In this document: one piece after another, positions 57,953-64,000 of the stretch
Layout: every line of letters begins with the position of its first letter
Numbering within the stretch: the first letter of the stretch is position 1
Program-made: the position numbers and the translations under genes
The notes under the pieces: generated by a model
Seen by the model: only the letters and a program-made list of their open reading frames with translations
Databases searched by the model: none
Told to the model about the DNA's origin: nothing
Source of the DNA: an uncultured Pseudomonadota bacterium
GTDB lineage: Bacteria; Pseudomonadota; Gammaproteobacteria; Burkholderiales; CAIKXV01
Length of the DNA stretch: 64,000 nt
Direction of reading: 5' to 3'
NCBI GenBank assembly: GCA_903831455.1
Contig: CAIKXV010000296.1
Span: 3,363 to 67,362 of the forward strand

Positions 57953-58792
57953 ATGACCCTGCTTGCCCTGGCGGCGGCCTATTCGGTCTTCCTGTGGTGG
58001 TTCACCACGGGGGCGATCATCTGGCTCGACCGCAGGCCGGAGCGCACCTGGCCGCGGTCGATGCTGGGGGCCACCGTGCTGGGACTGCTTGCGCTGGCCG
58101 GCCTGCTCGCCACGCGCGACGACGCGTCGGTCGCGGGTGCCTTCCTCGCGTTCACCTGTGCGGTGCTGGTCTGGGGGTGGATCGAGGTTGCCTTCCTCCT
58201 GGGGTACGTCACCGGCCCGCGTGCGCGGGCACACCCCGAGGGCGAGGGCGAGTGGTCGCGCCTGCGCGGCGCGATCGGCACGATCCTGTGGCACGAACTG
58301 TTCACGCTCGCGATGGCGGCTGTGGTCCTGGTGGTCACCCAGGGCGCCGCCAATGCGGCCGGGCGCTGGACCTTCCTCGTGCTGTGGGTGATGCGCCTGT
58401 CGGCCAAGCTGAACCTGTTCCTCGGGGTGAGCAACCGCGGCGAGGAACTGCTGCCGGGGCGCTTGCGCCATCTGGCGACCTACTTCGGCCGCCGGTCGAT
58501 GAACCTGCTGTTCCCGGTGGCGGTGACCGCTGCCACCACGCTCGCTGCCCTGCTGTGGCTGCACGCGGCGGCGCCCTCGGCGAGCGCGCACGAGAGCGTT
58601 GCGCTGGCCCTCGTGGCGGCCATGCTGACCCTCGCCGTCGTCGAGCACTGGTTCATGGTCCTGCCGCTCTCGGGCACGGCCATGTGGCAGTGGGCGATGC
58701 AGCGCGAGCGTCCATCGCCGCCCGATGTCCCGCGCACCGTGAAAGGCGGGGCAGCCGCCCTGCCTCCGCGGGTGGCAGAGGCGGTGGACTGA
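57953..58792 (+). CDS. puhE: photosynthetic complex assembly protein PuhE
   Basis: 279-aa polytopic membrane ORF directly after acsF. LWWFTTGAI and EHWFMVLP blocks. Confidence 0.8.
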   Translation: MTLLALAAAYSVFLWWFTTGAIIWLDRRPERTWPRSMLGATVLGLLALAGLLATRDDASVAGAFLAFTCAVLVWGWIEVAFLLGYVTGPRARAHPEGEGEWSRLRGAIGTILWHELFTLAMAAVVLVVTQGAANAAGRWTFLVLWVMRLSAKLNLFLGVSNRGEELLPGRLRHLATYFGRRSMNLLFPVAVTAATTLAALLWLHAAAPSASAHESVALALVAAMLTLAVVEHWFMVLPLSGTAMWQWAMQRERPSPPDVPRTVKGGAAALPPRVAEAVD

Positions 58793-58793
58793 C

Positions 58794-60353
58794 ATGGGCC
58801 CGGACGGCACCCTCGCGGCCGCGGGCGCGCCCCTGGCCAGCCGCGCACCCTCCGGCCGACCGTCGGCCACGGCGCTCGTCATCGGCAGCGGCTTCGGGGG
58901 GCTGGCCGCCGCGGTGAGGCTGGCGAGGCGCGGCTATCGCGTGACCGTGCTCGAGAAGCTCGACGCGCCGGGCGGGCGCGCAAGCGTCCATCGCCAGGAC
59001 GGATTCGTCTTCGACGCGGGGCCGACGATCGTCACCGCCCCCTTCATGCTCGAGGAACTGTGGGCGCTGGCGGGTCGGCGCCTGTCCGACGACATCGACC
59101 TGCGCCGGCTCGACCCGTTCTACCGCGTGCGTTTCGACGACGGCAGCCACTTCGACTACAGCGGCAGTGCGGCTGCGATGCGCGCCGAGGTCGCGCGATT
59201 GTCGCCAGCGGACCTGCCGGGCTACGACCGCTTCATTGCCGAGGCGGAGCTCTGCTACCGGCTGGGCTTCGAGAAACTGGGGTCGATCGCCTACGACTCG
59301 CTGGGCGATCTCTTCGCGGCCGTGCCTTCGCTGCTGCGCATGCGCGGCTGGCGCACCATGCACTCGCTGGTGGCCAGCCACTTCCGCGACCCGCGCCTGC
59401 GCATGGCCTTCAGCCTGCAGACCCTGCTCATCGGCGGCAATCCCTTCGCGGTCACCGGCGTCTACAGCCTGATCAACGCACTCGAGCGCCGCTACGGCGT
59501 CCATTGGGCGATGGGCGGTACCGGCACGCTGGTCACCGGGCTGGTGCGCCTGCTCGAGGGCCTCGGCGGGCGTCTGCGGTGTTCCACCGAAGTCCGGCGC
59601 ATCGTGGTCGAGCAGGGCCGTGCCACCGGCGTGGAACTGGCGAGCGGGGAGCGGATCCCCGCCGACATCGTGGTCTCCAACGCCGACATGGCGTGGACCT
59701 ACCGCAACCTGATCGAGCCGCAGCACCGGCGTCGCTGGACCGACCGGCGCCTGGCCCGCGGGCGCTACTCGATGAGCCTGTTCGTCTGGTACTTCGGCAC
59801 CGACCGCCAGTTCGCCTCGGTGCCCCACCACATGATGCTGCTGGGTCCGCGCTACCGCGAGCTGCTCGACGACATCTTCCGGCGCCACCGGCTGGCCGAC
59901 GACTTCAGCCTCTACCTGCACCGTCCGACCGCGACCGACCCGTCGATGGCGCCCGCAGGCTGCGACGCGTTCTACGCGCTGGTGCCGGTGCCTCACCTGG
60001 ACAGCGGCGTGGACTGGGCCACCCATGCCGAGACCTTCCGCCAGCGCATCGCCGAGCGGCTGGAGTCGACCGTGATGCCGGGATTCTCGCGCCACGTCGT
60101 CACCTCGCGGCTACTCACGCCCCAGGACTTCCACGATCGCCTGCTCTCCTACAAGGGCGCGGCATTCGGCCTGGAGCCCACGCTGCTGCAGAGCGCCTGG
60201 TTCCGGCCGCACAACCGCAGCGAGGACATCGAGCGGCTCTACCTCGTGGGCGCCGGCACCCACCCGGGCGCGGGAGTGCCCGGGGTGCTGATGTCCGCGC
60301 GCGCGCTCGACAGCGTCGTCCCCGATCCCGAACGCCTTCACGCCCATGCCTGA
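58794..60353 (+). CDS. crtI: phytoene desaturase
   Basis: 519-aa ORF. VIGSGFGGLAAAVRLARRGYRVTVLEK..PGGRA FAD fold, C-terminal LYLVGAGTHPGAGVPGV. Confidence 0.93.
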   Translation: MGPDGTLAAAGAPLASRAPSGRPSATALVIGSGFGGLAAAVRLARRGYRVTVLEKLDAPGGRASVHRQDGFVFDAGPTIVTAPFMLEELWALAGRRLSDDIDLRRLDPFYRVRFDDGSHFDYSGSAAAMRAEVARLSPADLPGYDRFIAEAELCYRLGFEKLGSIAYDSLGDLFAAVPSLLRMRGWRTMHSLVASHFRDPRLRMAFSLQTLLIGGNPFAVTGVYSLINALERRYGVHWAMGGTGTLVTGLVRLLEGLGGRLRCSTEVRRIVVEQGRATGVELASGERIPADIVVSNADMAWTYRNLIEPQHRRRWTDRRLARGRYSMSLFVWYFGTDRQFASVPHHMMLLGPRYRELLDDIFRRHRLADDFSLYLHRPTATDPSMAPAGCDAFYALVPVPHLDSGVDWATHAETFRQRIAERLESTVMPGFSRHVVTSRLLTPQDFHDRLLSYKGAAFGLEPTLLQSAWFRPHNRSEDIERLYLVGAGTHPGAGVPGVLMSARALDSVVPDPERLHAHA

Positions 60354-61422
60354 TACCGCGCTGTCCTCCCCGCCCCCGGCCCCGCCCGTCGCCGACCTCC
60401 AGGCCTGCGAGTCGCTGATGCGCGGGGGGTCGCGCTCGTTCTTCGCGGCCTCCCGGGTCCTGCCCTCGCGCATCCGGTCGGCGGCGGTCGCGCTCTACGC
60501 GTTCTGCCGCGTCGCCGACGACGCGATCGACCTCGCGCCCGACCCCGCCCTCGCGCTGGTCGCCTTGCGCAGGCGGCTCGACCGCATCTATGCCGGCCTG
60601 CCCCTGCCGATCGACGCCGACACCGCACTCGCGGGCATCGTCGGCCCGTATGCGCTCCCGCGGGGGTTGCTCGAGGCCTTGCTCGAGGGATTCCAGTGGG
60701 ATGCCGAAGGCCGCGAGTACGAGACCATCGAGCAGGTCTGCGATTACGGCGCGCGCGTGGCGGGCACGGTGGGCGCACTCATGGCGCTGGTGATGGGCAC
60801 GCGCAGCCCGCCCGCGATCGCGCGGGCCTGCGAACTGGGCGTGGCGATGCAGCTCACCAACATCGCGCGCGACGTGGGGGAGGACGCCCGCAACGGTCGT
60901 CTCTACCTGCCGCGGCAGTGGCTGCGCGAGGAGGGCGTGGACGTGCAGCGCTGGTTGCAGGCGCCGCGCTGGACGCCTGCGATCGCCCGTGTGGTCGCGC
61001 GCGTTCTCGCGTACGCCGACGACCTGTACCAGCGGGCACCCCAGGGCATCGCCTATCTTCCCCGCGACTGCCGACCCGCCATCCAGGCGGCGCGACTGGT
61101 GTACGCGGAGATCGGGCGCGAGATCGAGCGTCGCGGCCTGGACAGCGTGTCCGGGCGCGCGGTGGTCGGCACCGCGCGCAAGCGCTGGCTGATGGTGCGC
61201 GCGCTGTCGGCAGGCGTGCTGCTGCCCACGGTCCCGCGCGGCGGCTGGCCGATCCTGCCGGCGGTCGCGCCGCTGGTCGATCTCGCCGCCGAGCCGGGGC
61301 CTCCGCTCGCGCGGGGCGAATCGTTCTATCACCGCACGATCTGGGTGATCGGGCTGTGCGAGCGGCTGCGCGAGCGCGAACGCGCGCAGTGGCTGGCGCG
61401 CGACGGACAGCCGCTCGCCTGA
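60346..61422 (+). CDS. crtB: phytoene synthase
   Basis: 358-aa ORF. Squalene/phytoene synthase motifs [12 protein letters not shown] and [18 protein letters not shown]. Confidence 0.92.
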   Translation: MPDTALSSPPPAPPVADLQACESLMRGGSRSFFAASRVLPSRIRSAAVALYAFCRVADDAIDLAPDPALALVALRRRLDRIYAGLPLPIDADTALAGIVGPYALPRGLLEALLEGFQWDAEGREYETIEQVCDYGARVAGTVGALMALVMGTRSPPAIARACELGVAMQLTNIARDVGEDARNGRLYLPRQWLREEGVDVQRWLQAPRWTPAIARVVARVLAYADDLYQRAPQGIAYLPRDCRPAIQAARLVYAEIGREIERRGLDSVSGRAVVGTARKRWLMVRALSAGVLLPTVPRGGWPILPAVAPLVDLAAEPGPPLARGESFYHRTIWVIGLCERLRERERAQWLARDGQPLA

Positions 61423-61435
61423 GGAGCGGACCCGC

Positions 61436-61458
61436 GCGCACGGCGCCCCGGCGTGCGC
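61436..61458 (+). terminator. candidate terminator hairpin after crtB
   Basis: 7-bp stem GCGCACG/CGTGCGC with a 9-nt loop, 14 nt after the crtB stop. No U-tract. Confidence 0.25.
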
Positions 61459-61519
61459 CGTCGTCGGGTGCTACCATCGATCGCGCCGCGAGTGGCCTGA
61501 GCCCCGGATTCCATACGTC

Positions 61520-62443
61520 ATGCCCGTCGATTCGATCGTCATCGCCTCGCGCGAGAGCCTGCTCGCGATGTGGCAGGCCGAGCACGTCCAGGCACGCCTG
61601 CGTGCACGCCATCCCGGACTGCCGGTGAGCATCCTCGGCATGACCACCGAGGGCGACCGTTTCCTCGACGTGTCGCTCGCGCGCATCGGCGGCAAGGGCC
61701 TGTTCGTGAAGGAGCTCGAACAGGCGATGGTCGATGGCCGCGCTGACATCGCCGTGCACTCCATGAAGGACGTGCCGATGACGCTGCCCGAGGGCTTCGT
61801 GCTGCCGGCGATCCTCGAGCGCGAGGATCCGCGCGATGCGTTCGTGTCGAACCATTACCGCGCCCTCGCCGAACTGCCGCCCGGCAGCGTGGTCGGGACC
61901 TCGAGCCTGCGGCGCGAGAGCCAGTTGCGCGCCCGTTACCCCTCGCTCGACGTGAGGCCGCTGCGGGGCAACGTGCAGACCCGGCTGCGCAAGCTCGACG
62001 AGGGCCAGTACGCGGCCATCATCCTCGCGGCCGCCGGGCTGCGCCGGCTCGGCCTCTCCGCGCGCATCGCCTCGCTGCTCAGCCCCGAGGAGAGCCTGCC
62101 CGCGGTCGGCCAGGGAGCCGTCGGCATCGAGTGTCGCGGCGACCACGTCGCGCTCGTGGACACGCTCTCCGCGCTCGGCGACCCGGTGACCACGGCCTGC
62201 GTGAAGGCCGAGCGGGCGATGTCCCGCGCGCTCGCGGGCAGTTGCACGGTGCCGCTGGGCGGTTTCGCGGAGGTGGCCGGTGACACGATGCGCGTGCGCG
62301 GCTTCGTGGCCAGCCCCGATGGTCGCCGCATGGTCAGCGACGAGGTCAATGGCTCGCCCGCGGAGTGCGAGGCGCTCGGATGCTCGCTCGCGCAGCGTCT
62401 GACGGCGCTGGGCGCGGCGGAGATCCTCGCCGCACTCGCGTGA
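61520..62443 (+). CDS. hemC: porphobilinogen deaminase (hydroxymethylbilane synthase)
   Basis: 307-aa [44 protein letters not shown]. Confidence 0.95.
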   Translation: MPVDSIVIASRESLLAMWQAEHVQARLRARHPGLPVSILGMTTEGDRFLDVSLARIGGKGLFVKELEQAMVDGRADIAVHSMKDVPMTLPEGFVLPAILEREDPRDAFVSNHYRALAELPPGSVVGTSSLRRESQLRARYPSLDVRPLRGNVQTRLRKLDEGQYAAIILAAAGLRRLGLSARIASLLSPEESLPAVGQGAVGIECRGDHVALVDTLSALGDPVTTACVKAERAMSRALAGSCTVPLGGFAEVAGDTMRVRGFVASPDGRRMVSDEVNGSPAECEALGCSLAQRLTALGAAEILAALA

Positions 62444-63243
62444 GCGGGGCGACGCAGCCCGGACCCCTCTCGGGGCGGAGCATCGCGGTCACGCGGCCCG
62501 AGCAGCAGGCGCAGCGCCTGTGCGCGGCGATCGAAGCGGCCGGTGGCGAGGCGGTGCGCCATCCGCTGATCGAGATCGGCGCGCCCGTCGACCCGCGGGG
62601 GCTGCAGCAGGTGCTCGCACGTGCGGCGAGGTACGACTGGGCGATCTTCTCGAGCCCCACGGCGGTCGAACGCGGGCTGGCCGCGCTCGCCGCCGTCGCC
62701 CCGGTGCCGCCGGCCCGCTGGCGCGTGGCCGCCATCGGCGAGGGCACGGTCCGCGCGCTGGCGCGCTACGGCGTGACCGGCGTACTCGCGCCGACCGAGC
62801 GCTACGACAGCGAGGCACTGCTCGAGTGTCCCGGCCTTGGCGACCTGCGCGGGCAGGCGGTGCTGGTCTTCCGCGGGCAGGAAGGACGCGACGCCCTCGA
62901 GCGCGGGCTTCGGCAGCGCGGTGCAGCCGTGGAGTTCGCCGCCTGCTATACCCGGCGCAGGCCGGAGGGCACCGCGGCGATCCTCGCGCAGCGGGCGAGG
63001 GAGGGGCGCCTCGACGCGGTCGTGGTCACCAGCAGCGAGGCTGCCGGCCATCTGGCGGCGATGCTGGAGGGGATCGAGGCCGTCGCGCTTCGCGCGCTGC
63101 CGGTGTTCGCGCCGCACCCGCGCATCGTCGCGGCGCTGCGCGAGGTCGGGTTCGCGAACGCGCGACTCACCGCGGGCGGCGATGACGGCGTGGTCGAGGC
63201 GCTCGTCGCATGGGCCCGGGAGCCCGGCGGGGACACGGCATGA
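62440..63243 (+). CDS. hemD: uroporphyrinogen-III synthase
   Basis: Proposed GTG 62440 forms a GTGA overlap with hem[26 protein letters not shown]. Position between hemC and hemX. Confidence 0.8.
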   Translation: MSGATQPGPLSGRSIAVTRPEQQAQRLCAAIEAAGGEAVRHPLIEIGAPVDPRGLQQVLARAARYDWAIFSSPTAVERGLAALAAVAPVPPARWRVAAIGEGTVRALARYGVTGVLAPTERYDSEALLECPGLGDLRGQAVLVFRGQEGRDALERGLRQRGAAVEFAACYTRRRPEGTAAILAQRAREGRLDAVVVTSSEAAGHLAAMLEGIEAVALRALPVFAPHPRIVAALREVGFANARLTAGGDDGVVEALVAWAREPGGDTA

Positions 63244-64000
63244 CCGCGCCCGAACCGGCGCAGCCGCGCGAGGAGACGACGGTCGCCGAGGGCGCGCCGG
63301 TGGCCCCGCCCGCGAGTCCTCCGCCGCTCGAGCGCTCGCGCCGACCGGGGCTGCTGCCGGGTGTGCTCGGGGTCGCCGTGCTTGTGCTGGCATGGGCGGC
63401 CTACGACAGTTCGCGCGAGATGCGCCGCCTGCGGGCCGAGGTTGCCCAGCGGCTGACGGCGGCCGACGAGTCGGCGCGGCGCATGGAAGGGGCCGCCACC
63501 GGGGCGCAGCGTGCGGCCCGCGAGGCCGAGTCCCGGGTGTCGGCGGTCGAATCGCGGATGGCCGAGTCGCAGAGCCAGCAGGTTGCGCTCGAGGCGCTCT
63601 ACCAGGAACTCGCGCGGGGGCGGGATGATGCGCTGCTGGCCGAGGTCGAGCAGTCGCTCGCCGTGGCCGCCCAGCAGTTGGCGATCGCCGGCAACGTGCA
63701 GCTTGCGCTGGTGGCGCTGCAGGGTGCCGAGGCCCGGCTTGCGCGAATCGAGCGGCCGCCCTTCGCGCCGCTGCGTCGCGCGCTCGCTGCGGACATCGCA
63801 CGGCTGCAGGCACTCCCGGCCATCGACGCGATCGCCATCGCCCAGCGGCTCGATCGTGCCACGGCCCTCCTCGAGTCGCTCACCCCGGCGCCCGGCGCGG
63901 GTCGCGCGGCGGCGGTGTCGCGCCCGCAGGCAGCCGCTCCGGACCCCGAGGGCCAGGGCTGGCGAGCCGCGCTGACCCGGATCTGGACCGAGATCCGCGG
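63240..64000 (+). CDS. hemX: HemX-like membrane protein (uroporphyrinogen-III C-methyltransferase-annotated family), 3' end outside the window
   Basis: Not in the ORF track because it has no stop in the window. My translation from ATG 63240 (ATGA overlap with hemD) gives [12 protein letters not shown]...LLPGVLGVAVLVLAWAAY (TM), then a coiled-coil region ...QQVALEALYQELARGRDDALLAEVEQSL. Confidence 0.65.
   Translation, partial: MTAPEPAQPREETTVAEGAPVAPPASPPPLERSRRPGLLPGVLGVAVLVLAWAAYDSSREMRRLRAEVAQRLTAADESARRMEGAATGAQRAAREAESRVSAVESRMAESQSQQVALEALYQELARGRDDALLAEVEQSLAVAAQQLAIAGNVQLALVALQGAEARLARIERPPFAPLRRALAADIARLQALPAIDAIAIAQRLDRATALLESLTPAPGAGRAAAVSRPQAAAPDPEGQGWRAALTRIWTEIR

Overview
Very GC-rich proteobacterial chromosome segment; GC content was judged by eye, not computed. 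It is most consistent with a phototrophic Betaproteobacterium of the Burkholderiales (Rubrivivax-like). That call is an inference from gene order: dnaN-gyrB with no recF, DUF4390-ntrY-ntrX after rsmB, and Bug/TctC binding proteins. Layout: (1) 1-22.9 kb is origin-proximal housekeeping: dnaN (partial), gyrB, topB, dprA, a LysM protein, def, fmt, rsmB, DUF4390, ntrY, ntrX, then a tkt-gap-pgk-pyk-fba block. (2) 23.1-32.6 kb is an 11-gene, all-minus-strand accessory island between fba and purE: cupin, a split ORF that reads as a UGSC-motif selenoprotein, two tandem paralogs of an unrecognised ~340-aa family, Bug binding protein, GST, thioredoxin-reductase-like flavoprotein, 2-hydroxyacid dehydrogenase, amidohydrolase_2, a second Bug protein and a second cupin. 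(3) 32.8-37.3 kb holds purE-purK-purC, tsaC/sua5 and a TauE-family exporter. (4) 37.5-61.4 kb is part of a photosynthesis gene cluster: small membrane ORF, bchP, PucC-like, bchG, ppsR and ppaA on the minus strand, diverging from bchF-N-B-H-L-M, lhaA, puhA-B-C, acsF, puhE, crtI and crtB on the plus strand. (5) 61.5-64.0 kb holds hemC-hemD-hemX (hemX runs off the window). The most interesting signal is at 23.7-27.3 kb. An in-frame TGA followed immediately by a perfect 9-bp hairpin (SECIS-like) creates a U-G-S-C-T-L-C motif. This gene sits in a tightly coupled operon with two duplicated unknown proteins and a periplasmic binding protein, just downstream of GST and TrxR-like genes. I propose this as a candidate uncharacterised selenium-dependent redox system. 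No rRNA, tRNA, CRISPR array, transposase or integrase was recognised. Many long antisense ORFs in the track are GC-composition artefacts.
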